Made by a program: the position numbers and the translations under genes. A model generated the notes under the pieces. It had not been told where the DNA came from. It was given only the letters and a program-made list of their open reading frames with translations, and searched no databases. A stretch of DNA of 62,752 nt, filler included, from Rhabdomonas costata (taxonomy: Eukaryota): NCBI GenBank assembly GCA_019059605.1. It is 37 parts of 37 records of this genome, joined end to end, with 100 filler letters (N's around TTAATTAATTAA, not from the genome) between each part and the next. Parts side by side here need not be neighbours in the genome. Positions count along the whole stretch, not along the records: positions 11,895 to 13,493 come from JAHMHO010012267.1; positions 13,594 to 15,192 come from JAHMHO010012268.1; positions 15,293 to 16,891 come from JAHMHO010012269.1; positions 16,992 to 18,589 come from JAHMHO010012270.1; positions 18,690 to 20,288 come from JAHMHO010012271.1; positions 20,389 to 21,987 come from JAHMHO010012272.1; positions 22,088 to 23,686 come from JAHMHO010012273.1; positions 23,787 to 25,385 come from JAHMHO010012274.1; 29 more parts are not named here. One strand, given 5' to 3'. How positions within the stretch are numbered: position 1 is the first letter of the stretch; each line of letters opens with the position of its first letter. Below are positions 12,895-25,378 of the stretch, piece after piece.

Positions 12895-14375
12895 GTTGGG
12901 GAAGGCAAGTTCGCCGTGCTTGCTTTCTGCGTTCGGTTCCTGGAGTAGTCCTCTGATGTCATCTGTACACAAAGGCTCTACTTTTGCCTCCCGTCTTCTC
13001 GTTTTCTCCTCTCCATTCTTCCGAAAGATGCGATCTGCCGGAGCGGTTGGACACGCTTTCGGAGTGGTGAGAGAGCTGTGACTTAGATGACAACAGCAGC
13101 CGAAAAGAGTCGAGCACGGAGGACGGAGTTTGCAAAGGGCATGTTGTGTGGTTAAGGTTCCGTTAAAGCTGAAAAATTTCCGGAAATTCGTCACACTCTA
13201 CCTTTGGAACCACAGTACGTCGAAGGTCCGGAACGGAGGTGACACGGGCAACAAACCCCGAAACGACTGCTGCGCACCACAAGGAAAAAATGTTTACTTG
13301 CCCACCGCGTGGCGCGAACCCAACCAGCGCTTTGCTTTCCTTAATTACGTTCAAGGTTTGCTTCCAGTTGATAAGCTGTATCTCGTTTTTATGCCTCTGG
13401 TCTCAAAATTGTAAGGTACGTGGCGAGGCCCCAATTTGACGGTTCGGTCTGGGAGGCCTCGCCACGTACCTTACAATTTTGAGACCAAAAACANNNNNNN
13501 NNNNNNNNNNNNNNNNNNNNNNNNNNNNNNNNNNNNNTTAATTAATTAANNNNNNNNNNNNNNNNNNNNNNNNNNNNNNNNNNNNNNNNNNNNAGTTTCG
13601 CGGGCACCCCCGCAGGGGGAACTGCCCGAAGGTACTCTTCCAGCTGAGTGTGCCGAGCATATGGTGGTACTGGTGGCGGGAGATGATGTTTAGGTTGTGT
13701 GTGTGTCATCCCAAGTCATCCCAAAAGTGTGCTCAGAGCAAAGAAACAAAACAACAAATTACGGGTGATGTAGGTAGTACGGGTGGTTTTGCGTGACGAG
13801 TCCACTTACATATTTTTGGGCTTGCATGACAGAGGGCTATGTATGGGAGGATGGGAGGGCATCATAAAGAAAAGTCTTTTGTCGATGTTTTCTCCTCGTA
13901 TGAATGCTGGGGAATCGGATTTTTTTTCTGGGAGGGGGGGGGCGCTACATTTAACAATGTAAACAGTTTTTTTTACGTTGTTTTTACTTTGCGAGTTTGC
14001 GACTTCGCGATACGCGTGGATACGCGTGGTTTTTTTGGGGGCCGAAGGGGATAGTTGAGCAAATTGCGTAAAAATATTGCGGGCGTTAACACCGTGAAAT
14101 ATTTAACCCCCAGCTCCCCCCTCAGACACAGCAACTGAATGCTGGCATTCTGCTGCAAAGGGGGTACAGCATGGCGCAAGAATAGGAATAAGAGAAAGGC
14201 GTCCAAGGTGCAAAGGCAGCAGCCGAGGTTAGATATATTTAAGACCAGACAATTCCCCATTTAGGTTCCAGAATCCATGGGGAATCCTGCGGGGATAAGG
14301 TCCAACCGCAGCGGCGATGAGATGAATATGAGCGGGAGAGACAGGCAGGGTTGGCGGGACAAAGAGAGGTCAAAC

Positions 14376-14543
14376 CGCAGCCTTGGCCATTGACGCGAAC
14401 TCCATCTCAGCGATGAACGTTTCGGACTGGCGGTAGAAGTCGGTCAGCTTGGCCAGAGCGGACTCGCGGTTGACCTCCGTCAAGAAGGCCTCGCGCTTCT
14501 CCTTCGTCAGCATTGCGCTGGTCGAAGGCCGGCAGAAGTACAG
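14376..14543 (-). CDS. Exon of an IP3/ryanodine-receptor-like Ca2+ channel (region just before the TM domain)
   Basis: LYFCRPSTSAMLTKEKREAFLTEVNRESALAKLTDFYRQSETFIAEMEF resembles the IP3R motif F..P..C..LT..TK......R.....K..DF......L..EM. Canonical splice sites. Confidence 0.65.
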
Positions 14544-15337
14544 CTGAGCCCCCGCAAAACAAAGGAAAAAGGACTTACGCAGGGACTCACGCCACAAGTG
14601 GTCGAGGCCAGCAAAAACGAGTCAGAGCAGGGGTAACGTAAAACAGAGAAAAGAAGGGAAAGTTTATGTGCGCCAGACGCCGGAATTTGTTCGGAGAGGG
14701 ACAAGGAATCAATGGGTAATCCTGAACTCACCCACCATTTCCTTTCTACAATACGAATCTTTACCAGTCCCCAGCTTCTCTGCTGTACCGCCCAACAGCC
14801 AAGGCCAAAATCCGGACCAAAAAGAACAGACACAGGCGCAGGGACTCCTCTGTATAGAGAGGGAGGGCCCACGCGTTGGGGCAGTGCCCAAGGTTCTGCG
14901 CTGCCCTTGGGCTGCCTTGCACCCAACACTCAGAACACCACAGCAATGCTGGTGCATACGACCAACCAACGGCGGTCGCGTACCTTCTCCACACAGTTGT
15001 CTCGGGCAATCTCAATGGAGCCCAGCATCGACCGGAAGGTCTCTACCCCTGGCATATTCCTCAGCACCTGCGCCCAAAGAGCCGCAAGTAACAACTATCT
15101 TCGCTAATTTTCGAGAAAAAGCCACAGAGCAAAACAGCGGGGTTCACCTTCCAACCACTCCCACTGACACCCACCACACCACCATACCGGATNNNNNNNN
15201 NNNNNNNNNNNNNNNNNNNNNNNNNNNNNNNNNNNNTTAATTAATTAANNNNNNNNNNNNNNNNNNNNNNNNNNNNNNNNNNNNNNNNNNNNGTTTGCCC
15301 AGCACCAACGCGACTCTCCCAATCCGAAGAAACTGAC

Positions 15338-16861
15338 CTCGCGGGTGAAGGGCTCCACCATGACCCGGGAGAAGCGGTTCAGGAAGGACCGCGGCAGGCC
15401 CTTGCGGCCTCCTCCCTGGGACAGCGGGTTCTGGCACCCGAAGATGCAGAAACCCTCCGCGGGACGCACCCGCAGGCCCGTCTCGGGGATAAACAGTTCC
15501 CGGCGGTGGTCCAGGATGGAGTTCAGGCCCTCCAGCACGGACTGCGAGGCCAAGTTGAGCTCGTCCAGGATAACCTGAGGAGGAAATTGAGAACGAGAGA
15601 TTTTCTTGTCTCGAGTCAAGTCGGTCACAAGTGTTGCCACGATCGGCGACCCAGTCACCACACTAGTCGCAGACAACCATCTACCCACACTGATTTTGTT
15701 GAACTGCAGTTTCTGTTCACAGGTTACGAATCAAGCACTCCGGGGTGCGAGGCCAAAATGAAGAGCAAAATATGCTTGTTTTTTTTTTCGAGAAAAGGAA
15801 CCGAGCTAAAATAAAAAAATGCGTATAATCACGCTTCTGAAGTGTGTGTCTTCATCTTTCACAGACACATGTCATCCTCACCCAATCTCCTTCCGAGTGA
15901 AACGTCATGCCAACGTCAGAAATGGTAGGCCTGTTGAGTGGTGAGAATGCATGGTTATACCCAGGCTCCCTCCTTGATGCCCTGCAGCAGCAGGCCCTCA
16001 GACCAGCTGAACGAGGGCCCCTTGGTGGGCCCTTCTGGGGTGCCGGACTGGTCCCTGCTGTGGTCGGGGAGGTACGCCCCCAGAAGGTCCATCATGTCGG
16101 TCTGCTCGCTCAGGTTGATCCGTAGCACCTTCTTGCCGTAGGCCTTGCCCAGGGTCTCCACCAGAGTGGTCTTCCCCACCCCAGGGCTACCTGTGGGCAT
16201 CCAAGACATGAGCAACGCGAGGCCATAACACGACACTGGAGGAACATTCCACCAGACGAAGGGCGAGTATAAGCTGCGACAAACTCGAGGTCATGCCCCC
16301 CCCCGTTGACTTAGCGACTTGTTGCCCATCGGGCGTCACCTCCTTCTCTGTCCTCTCTGTTCCAGTGAGATACCTGTCTTCCCGGCTTCGAGCGCCTACT
16401 CAAGCACCTCGCCTCCGCCTGAAGAGCTGCGAAAGGCTGCTTGGACAACGCGATGGACCTCAACCCCTCCAATAATTGGGATTTTGCAGCCCTTCCAGGG
16501 TCACTGATTAAGTTTGCGTGGTGTATGTGTGTATGTGAGGCTTTGTCTGCACCGCTCGGGATACAAACAGCGAGATGCTGTGCTGCCTGCCGCCTCGTGC
16601 ACTCTCCTCGTTGTTCAAAGTCTCCAGCTCTTCGAAACGCGGGCTTGCATTGTACAAACCGGACATTTCTCCTTGACATTTAACAGGTTCATGGAAGCTG
16701 TTAAAGGTGTGCTTCCTTTGTGCTTTGTGGCAAATGTTCACCCGCTCACAACCTGAAAGCTGTCTGTGTGTGAGTGTGGGTGCGCGCGAGGGAGGGGGGG
16801 TCCACCTTCCAGAAGCAGGGGCTTAGACAGGGTCATCGCGCGCACGATCTTGCTCAGGTTG
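15338..16861 (-). CDS. MDN1: Midasin (Rea1) AAA module, three exons (~16861-16806, 16190-15961, 15574-15338)
   Basis: Spliced NLSKIVRAMTLSKPLLLEGSPGVGKT (Walker A), RINLSEQTDMMDLLG, W|VILDELNLASQSVLEGLNSILDHR (Walker B) and QNPLSQGGGRKGLPRSFLNRF are diagnostic for midasin. Confidence 0.96.
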
Positions 16862-17879
16862 TGAGCGGGTGAACATTTGCCACAAAACACANNNNNNNNN
16901 NNNNNNNNNNNNNNNNNNNNNNNNNNNNNNNNNNNTTAATTAATTAANNNNNNNNNNNNNNNNNNNNNNNNNNNNNNNNNNNNNNNNNNNNTGTGGGTGT
17001 GTTTGGGTTGTGTGTGTGTGTGTGTGTGTTTGTCTGTGTGCACTTTTTGGAAGGGAGGCTCAGGCTCCGTGGAGCGTAGTGCTGTTTCAGTGTTTTCAGA
17101 GGCATTCCAGGGCAGAACGATCTACTGGGAACGATGCGGTCGTGGTGCACTTTGGATGTTTGTGGGGAGGGAGGGGGAGGAGGTGTCCAACCACCCATAT
17201 AACTGCTCAGCACAAAGTGGGGTCTGCCTTCCAAGTCTCCACTTGTCATCTTCGATTTGCAGGCGACTGGGAAGTTGTCGGTGGGGGCGAACACAACATG
17301 CTTGAAACTGTACCGTTTTGATGGGGTACACTGGCTGGTTCCGGACTTTCCCACACTTCTAAAGTAGAGCGCTCCATATTCATGGACATGGGCCGTTTAG
17401 CCAAAACTGTGCTCTGATTCAAAAACAAGCGACCAAAAAATCATGATGAGGGCATTCGCCTGGTTTCCCCTTCGTTTTCATGGCGTGCGGCTGGGAGGTA
17501 CGGGCATTCGGCGATCAATGTTTCGGCCCTGGCAGGGTCGGGGGTGGTCCCAAAGGAAAGGCCTAGGTTCGCTTCATTTTTTGTTGGCCAAATACGTTCC
17601 TGCACATACTGGGCTGACAAGCGTGCTGCAGTCCGTCCCGCGGGGAGGTGGAGTGCATCCCAGCGCTTTCGGGCTGCCTTGCTCAGAGCCGTGGGGGACT
17701 GGGAATGGGGTTGTGATTCGGGACTTCCAAGAGCCTGCAGGATACCTTGAAGAAGCTGAAAAAACCCATGCCGCTGGAGAGGTGGGGACTTCGTCGTTGC
17801 AGGATACCTTGAAGAAGTGGGGGAACGCTGTTTCGTTGTCGCTTTTCCTTTGTGGTTGGTGGATTTGCTGTCCTCCTGC

Positions 17880-18571
17880 AGGCCTTCCTTGTATCGAACA
17901 GCAGGCCGTGTGCAATGATTTCTGCAAGACCCTCGACAAGGAGTGCATCGCTTGTCCCTTTGCATCGGGCGAGTGGTTCTGCCCAGTCATCCCGTGGCCT
18001 CCCCAAGGTGCCTTTCTGTCCCTCTTTCTTCGGTCGGTGTGAGGTCCCGATCCCGAACATCATAACGACCGAAAAGCATCTTTCTCCAAGAGGCCCTAGG
18101 CAAGATTACGTGTTCCCCTTGTCGCAAAGGAAACGGTCCCAATCCATCTCAACGTGGGGACGCTTTGGCGTTTGTCACAACGATGGATATGAAACTCAGA
18201 TTTTCCCTGGATAAACCTCAACGGGGCTGAGCAGGACAAGTGGAGGGTGGGGAGGATTAACTCCCGCTTTGCCAGAACCGCTTCTTACCGAAAGTCGGAG
18301 AATCTCCCGATATATCGATTGCTTCAGAAAATATCAAGAAGAAAATTCGATTTTTCTATAAAAATAGAAAATAGAAAAAAGAATCGATTTTTCGGGTGGC
18401 GGTGGGGGAATGATGCTATCCTCATAAGGGGACGTGGAGCCCTCCCAACAGGGTCTGTTGGTTTTTCTCTTTTTTCTGCAGTTCCCTGTCTCCGGAAGCA
18501 AGAGGTGTGTGACCCGATCTGCGAGCAGCTCGTCCAAAAGAAGTGTATCCCATGCACGGAACCGCAAAAAG
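17880..18571 (+). CDS. Two short Cys-rich repeat exons of an unknown protein
   Basis: LPCIEQQAVCNDFCKTLDKECIACP (~17882-17968) and VPCLRKQEVCDPICEQLVQKKCIPCT (~18482-18571) share Cys spacing, and each follows a tgcag acceptor. Confidence 0.55.
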
Positions 18572-20765
18572 GTCTGCCCCCCACCCCCCNNNNNNNNNNN
18601 NNNNNNNNNNNNNNNNNNNNNNNNNNNNNNNNNTTAATTAATTAANNNNNNNNNNNNNNNNNNNNNNNNNNNNNNNNNNNNNNNNNNNNATTTGACTTTA
18701 GCTGGTTAAGCTTTTTCACCACTTTGTATTGCAATGGTACCACCTCCACGACGTTTTTCTTAGTAACGCGCCACAGCTGAATCACCCAGTTTAATACAGG
18801 TATCACGAGGACATCAGAAATTAAACCGTGTCGATGCGCCCCACCAAGTATCACTCTAGTTTAGTTTCTTTGTAGAGTACAACTATTTGCAGTATTGGAA
18901 GTCTCACTGTCCAGCGCGTTGTTCAAAACATCTTTGAGATGTTTGCTCCATGGAGTGGATCAGTAATTCGGCACCGTATGCTAGACGTAACAGCATACCT
19001 AAGAATAGTGGTTGAGGTTGTAAATACAGCCATTGACATTAAAATCTCTGGTTGTGTTCCTGAAGGCAGTGGTACACTTGGCAGTGAATGCACCTCTGAG
19101 GTCCATCACTTTTGAAATGGATCTTTTGCTCCAATTGAAAAGAGAAAATCCAGAATACACTATCTCCAGGAGAACTAGGTCACCTTTTCTTGATGCATCA
19201 TGTTGCTGGAACTGTGCGCGTCATGCTTTTATTATGGCTCTGAAATGGATCGACGGTGTGTGCATAACAAACTGATCTCACTTTGCCAGAGGATTTTAGT
19301 CTTTCTCCACTGTTAATATGAGGCTGATTGGATTTACTTTGTTTTTACTTGTGGAAAAGCCTTGAGGGGTCATTACCAGGACAATGACGTTTCCGCAATA
19401 ACGAATCGTAAACTCTTGTCTTACTCTTCAAAGAAGCCTGTACCGATTTCCACTTGCTGGCTTCCACTCCAGGAAGTGAAAACGAGTGAAATATACCTCA
19501 ACTTGTCATCAATGTATGCGAAGGCCTTAGCAAACACTAAGGCTAACCAGGAGTGTGACGGTGTGTGTTTTTATGGGTTTGTTCTTATTATGACTCTGCT
19601 TCTGCTGCACCGCTGCCAATGGAAGTTAACACACTGTCTGCGCGCTGTCGTGCGCGCCAAAATGCCACTGCATCTGCTTGTACTGGCGACGCTTAAGAAC
19701 ATCTGATTACTGGTACATGGTCCCGTATATATTTTCTAGTGGAAAGATAACAGCGTAGGAGAAAGGAGCGGTATCATTGGCAAGCGCGTTGTGCAAGACA
19801 CCGGTGAGCTGTTTGAAATGGTCCCAACGCTCCTTGGAGCGGACACAATAATTCCGCACCGTCTGCTCACCATACCAGCGGCCAGAAGAGAAGTAGTATA
19901 TGGCGTAAATACAGCCCTTGACATTCTACTGCTTGGTGATGTCTTTGAAGTCCGTGGTACAGTAGGCAAGGTCTGATTCTCTGAGGGCCAACACCTTTAG
20001 AATTGAGCTCTTGTTCTACTTGCGACAAGCAAGGGCCAGAAGCAAATCTCTCCAGGCGGGCCAGGTACACTCGTCCTGGTGCGTTTAGTGATTGCATTAC
20101 GGCTCGGTAATGGGAAGAGGCCGCACGTCCAGAACTAACACGCGCTTTGTCAGAGGAGTTTGTATTGCTCCACGGCTCGGTTTGGCTTTGATGATGATTG
20201 GCATTGCTTTGCCGAGCCGTGGAGCAATACAAACTCCTCTGACAAAGCGCGTGTTAGTTCTGGACGTGCGGCCTCTTCCCAAAACCACNNNNNNNNNNNN
20301 NNNNNNNNNNNNNNNNNNNNNNNNNNNNNNNNTTAATTAATTAANNNNNNNNNNNNNNNNNNNNNNNNNNNNNNNNNNNNNNNNNNNNTTGGGACGGTAT
20401 ATTGATCTGAAGCATTGATAAGGCCTTTGACGAAGGATGCTGGAATCGGGAAAGGAAGTGACTGTAGCGTTTCAGCGTTTAAAAACGGCTGAAAAAACGG
20501 CTTTCATCCAGGGTCAGGGTTCGTTGGTCCGTGGGGGGCAATTGGTTTACGAGGCGGAGTGGCCGGAGCGGGCAGAAGGGCATAGAGGTTGCGAAAAGTT
20601 TGCGTTTAAAAGAGCGAGGTAAAGAAACCCGACCGCCCGCAGAACAGTGCCCTGAGATGAGTAAGTGCTGGCTGGCGCTAGGGTTACGTAAGAGGGAATG
20701 GGATCTATGGCTGCCAATCTGGAAAAAGGGGATTCGGGGGAAAGAAATCGAGCTTGTGTACACAC

Positions 20766-20965
20766 CCAGTTTGCACCGCAGCTCCTCTGAGGTCTGCCGA
20801 ATCACCTCGCAGGCTGTGGAATCTCCACCGTCTGTTACCAGGGTGACCCACAGCTGCCCGAAGTTGGCCCCCTGAATCCGCACGCACGCACGCACGCAGG
20901 CACGCACCAGCAGGAAAGCGACAGCCATGGCCATGCGCTCCTTGGGCTCCTCTGGATATGAGCAG
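20766..20965 (-). CDS. IPT/TIG-like domain exons with a putative 36-nt intron (20872-20907)
   Basis: FLL|QGANFGQLWVTLVTDGGDSTACEVIRQTSEELRCKL fits the IPT pattern G.NFG...V......C.V...T....C. The intron reads gtgcgt...attcag. Confidence 0.5.
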
Positions 20966-23005
20966 ACAGGACGGAAGGACATTGAGATGACCCCGAATGG
21001 GGCACAAATGCCTCCTCAGCGGTGCTTTTTCAAGCCGAGACCACCCTCCCCAGGAAAAGAGACATTATGAGGTTGAGTGGGAAAGAGAAAGCAAACCCAT
21101 CTCCCCTGTCATGGTTGCTGCAAGCCGCTTGAAATGAGTTGTGTCATCTTCGGATGGCTGCCAATACGTGAACCGAAAAAGGGGGGGGGGATGTGGACTG
21201 AGCACCGTGACTTGGACTTCGCAGTCGGCATGGCGGCACATCGCATAGGGCAGCATCTCAGAGACCCCCGAAGGAACGAACCGCACCGCAAACACCAATG
21301 GCGGACCTGTAGGCAGGAGAACAACAGAACGAAAAAATGTCTCAGTGCAGGGGTCTCATGCCATCCTCCACTCCACAGTCACCTTCTCCGGTACACAAAA
21401 ATGGCATCAATTGGGTTTCTGGAAATGCCGACGGGTGGCGCAGGGTCCATTCCCCCACCTCCGCAACCGAAACCCGAGAGAGAGAGGAAGCACCTGAGAA
21501 GGTCCAGGCAGCTGTGGCGGCAGTGGCAACAGTTCGGGCAGGCACCCCTCCTACGGAGACCACGGGGTAGGCCGTACGGGCGCACGCTCCAGCGGCGGCC
21601 GCGGCGGAGCCGTTGACACCACCTCCGCTACCCACGGCACAGGTGGTGCTCAGGTTAGCCCTCGGCAGGCGGCAAAAGAGCTCGGATGCCGTGGGTGGGC
21701 CCAAAAGGTCACACGGGATCCCAGTGCGGAGGTCACGGTCCGCGAAGACAACCGCTGCCTAAACGGAGCAGATGCACAGGGCTTGCCCCGCTCCGAGCCT
21801 CGGGGTGCAATACTCGCTTCTTTTGCGTGTTATTTTTCCGAAAGCATTTCTTTTTGATGCACTGGAAGCTGCGGACGCCTGGTTTGCTTACATTATACCG
21901 AGATGCTTCGTTGGCTGCTGAAACCCCACCTCTGCATTCTAGTTATGACCCTCAAGTGCACAAAGCAAACTGGCGCACAAAAACACANNNNNNNNNNNNN
22001 NNNNNNNNNNNNNNNNNNNNNNNNNNNNNNNTTAATTAATTAANNNNNNNNNNNNNNNNNNNNNNNNNNNNNNNNNNNNNNNNNNNNGGTGGGTTTGCAT
22101 GATAGGTCGTGGCTGAATGCTTCAATGTGTGTGATAAATACGAAGCCAAAAGGCACACGACGACAGCCTTACGAAGGTACGAAACCGCTCGTTATCATTA
22201 AACCTCAGTTATTACAATATTTTGGCAACCCCTCTCTTTCTAGGTCCGTGTGCAGTCTATCTTTTCGGTTCATGTCTTTCCGATTCATCGCTCCTCCGCT
22301 CTTTGTGGTCGGTAAAAAACAGGCCTCTCCGCAGTCTGCCGCCTGTGGCGAGGCAGTTGTCCCTGCGCTGATCGCGGAGAAGGCCGACCTCCACGCCACG
22401 GTGCATGCGCGTACTGAGGGGAATGTTGGGGGTAGGCGTAGAATGCAAGGCGCCTCATTTACCTTCACACACATTTACCCTCAGCGGTTATCTGAATGGC
22501 TTCTGATGCTGAATTGAGTTCTCGGCATTGCAGCCATGGCGGCGGGTTGCGGTCTAATAGGTCTGCGCTGTTCCTGTTCTCCCATCCTTCTTTCCCTTTC
22601 TGACCAGATCTGGTAGTATTTCTTCTTTTTTTTTCGCTTTCCACTTTTCCACTTTCCCAACGTTCGAAAAATGACGTTAAAAATCCGGTGTAAAACATCC
22701 AAAAGATATAAACCATGCCCAAGGACGTAACATGTACTCTTAGGAAGAAACCCTGCTTTGGATGCTGGTTTTATTGGGACTGTCTTAAATGGGGTTGCTC
22801 CCGCCCTGTTCTGTCTCTGCCTTGCATGCCTTTTCTGCCACAATCTGATGCTCTTCTTCTTCTTCTTCTTCCGTGTTGAGCTTAGCGTTTCAATTTCATA
22901 TTTACCGGTCTCTGGGTCTGTAGGGGATTTCCTGCTCACTGGCAACCCTTCCCTACTTCATTTCAGTGATCCGCCTTCACACTATCCATTCCTGTTTCGG
23001 GCCAG

Positions 23006-23633
23006 GACTCCTCTGGGAAGATGAGCTTGCATTTTGCCGCGGGGGTGGGCAACGTGAACGCCGTGGCCACCTTGCTGAAGGCAGGCGCGAAGCCGTACAA
23101 ACTGGTCAGCCTCCCTCCGTGCTGTGATGCTTCTATGTACAACAACGTTTTGCTGTTGGTTCATGTCTTGCTGCTGCGCCTATTGTAATTTGTGCACAAA
23201 AAACCAGAGGGCCTTGTTTGTTTGTTTGTTTGCATATTGTAGTCAAAAAAGCAGTTGTTGCAGCTGCAACCGCCGCGACTGCCCACCCAACGGCATATGC
23301 GCTTTGCATTCTTCTTCTGCATCTGAAGCAGTGGGTATTCGTCATGTGCTTCGGTGCTGAGCGATGGGGAGAAACTTTTCAGCGGCATTGCGTGCACCAG
23401 GTTGTGGTCTGTTTTGTAGTGCCTGTTCCCCATCAACAAGGCCAGTTTCAGATGTGAGTGCAACGGGAGTGCAAGCTCTTGTAGCAGACCGATATACAGC
23501 CTTTATGGGGTGTCTCTCCTCTCAGGACCCCCAAGGCAACACTTCCCTGCACTGCGCGGCCGCCCTGAGGGACGCCCCTGCCAACCTCTTTCGTTGTCTG
23601 CTAGAAGGAGGAGCCTTCGTGAATGCCATTAAG
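23006..23633 (+). CDS. Ankyrin-repeat protein, two exons (23006-23104, 23526-23633)
   Basis: DSSGKMSLHFAAGVGNVNAVATLLKAGAKP and DPQGNTSLHCAAALRD...LLEGGAFVNA are ankyrin repeats. GT-AG junctions. Confidence 0.9.
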
Positions 23634-24263
23634 GTGCAACTGTGCCCGTGCAGAGTGGATTCATCGTTCACCTGAAGGAGGGGCAANNNNNNNNNNNNNN
23701 NNNNNNNNNNNNNNNNNNNNNNNNNNNNNNTTAATTAATTAANNNNNNNNNNNNNNNNNNNNNNNNNNNNNNNNNNNNNNNNNNNNTTTTGGTTGGGACT
23801 CTCCCGAGGAGTATGAGTGTGTCTTGGGTATGCCGCCTCTGTGTTTGTGGTGCATCGGGCGCGAGACCTCCCAGGAGTCTTTCGCGCGATTCTTGGTCTT
23901 CCCAAAATCCGGCGGCTTTCCATCGCTGGAGTCACCGAGTTCGATAAACCGGATTTTTTCGGAAGAGTTGTGCGTATGTATGTTGTGTATGGTTTATCAA
24001 GACTGGTGTCAGAGAACACGGGACTGAACGTGGAAGAAAACGAAGCGGGCCCTGCCCGGGAGTGTTTTTTTTCGGTTTAGATTTTACTGATCGCGAGCAT
24101 GTGATACGACAGATCACTGGCTAAAAGCTGAAAGCTCAACCGTGAACTCCGGTCAATGATTTGCAGTGAAGATACCCCACCCCGTATCCTTATGTCTTGA
24201 CAGTGCGAGTGACGCATCAGCTTGGTGCATTGCCCTTCTCTCCCCTGTGACATCCGTGATCAG

Positions 24264-25378
24264 GGAACTACCAAGGTTCGCTGCCGAAGCCCGTGCAGGA
24301 CTTGATCAACCTGCTCTTTGACATTAAGGCCCTGAAGGCCGCCCTAATGGAGCTTGAAGTGGACACAGAGAAGATGCCCCTTGGCAAGCTCTCCGCCCGC
24401 ACCATCAAGGACGGCTACTCCGCCCTAACGGCGATCCAGAACCTTCTGCAGCAGAGCCCTCCCCCATCAAACCTGCAGGCCCGTCGCCCAGCTTTCCTGG
24501 GGTTGTTTGGCAAATTAATCACCCCATTACCCAAATAATTGTACAATCGCAAAGGTAATGGTGAGCGCCCGTGATTGCGATTGATGGTGCGCTATGGGGT
24601 GAGTAGATGTGATGGAGCTTGGAGAAAGACCTTTTGGATTTGGAACAAAGGCTGTGACCAAATTCTTAAAAAGCAAAAAAGGGTTCCTTAAAAGAGATTA
24701 CTGATACTGTGCCGCACAGTCTTTGCTCGTCTCGGAGACGAACCGGTTCTACAATATCATCCCCCACGCCTTTGGAGAAGGCAAGAAGCCCGGGGTTATT
24801 GATACGGAAGACAAGCTGAAGGTTCGCCCACCTTTGAGCATTTTGGCCGTGTTGGGTTTTTTCGCTTCATTTTCTTGTCCTTGTTGGGATATACATTGTG
24901 TTTCCTTTCTTCCTGCTGCGTGAACTGAACCCGCATGTGTACTTTTAATGTTTAGATGCGCTTGTGACTGACCTCTGGCGTTGATTCATTTTGACACCTT
25001 TTCATGTTTTTGCTTGAAGCATGTGGCTGCGGGATTTGCGCTTAAAAGGAAAAGATCAAAATGATGGATGCCCTGATGGAGCTTGAGGTCACGACATCCG
25101 TGATCAGCTCCGCTGCCTCGAGCTCCCCCGCGCAGGAGCATCCCATCGACACGAACTACAAGAAGCTCAAGGTGCTCACCGCCTTTGGTGCACTTGTTTT
25201 GTGATCTCACCACACTCAACCTTCGCCACTTTATAGTTTCCATTTCGTTTCTATTCTTGACTTTCTGTGACTTTTTTCATGGCCTTTTCATCGCGCCCCA
25301 TCGTGCAGTGCGAGCTTGTGCCCGTGCCGCGAGACGCGGAGGAGTTCAAGCTGGTCTCGGACTATGTTGCCAACACCA
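24264..25378 (+). CDS. Poly(ADP-ribose) polymerase (PARP1/2/3 type): regulatory helical domain into the start of the catalytic domain, four exons (24264-24478, 24720-24821, 25049-25171, 25309-~25378)
   Basis: LPKPVQDLINLLFD...KMPLGKLS...GYSAL, NRFYNIIPHAFG, EKIKMMDALMELEV and HPIDTNYKKLKCELVP...EEFKLVSDYVANT are conserved PARP motifs. Confidence 0.96.

Noticed and set aside
13398-13487. 33-bp perfect inverted repeat (MITE or hairpin end?)
   Set aside because: It lies at the contig end and runs into the primer-like stub, as expected for a fold-back chimera.
16724-16886. Inverted repeat overlapping the midasin exon
   Set aside because: It cuts a conserved exon at a microhomology (caacctga) at the contig end, consistent with a template-switch artefact.
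18690-20110. Lower-GC contig with short ORFs (viral or transposon?)
   Set aside because: No recognisable motif and frequent stops, so no call can be supported.
20112-20280. 69-bp perfect inverted repeat giving mirror ORFs
   Set aside because: Identical arms at the contig end indicate an amplification fold-back.
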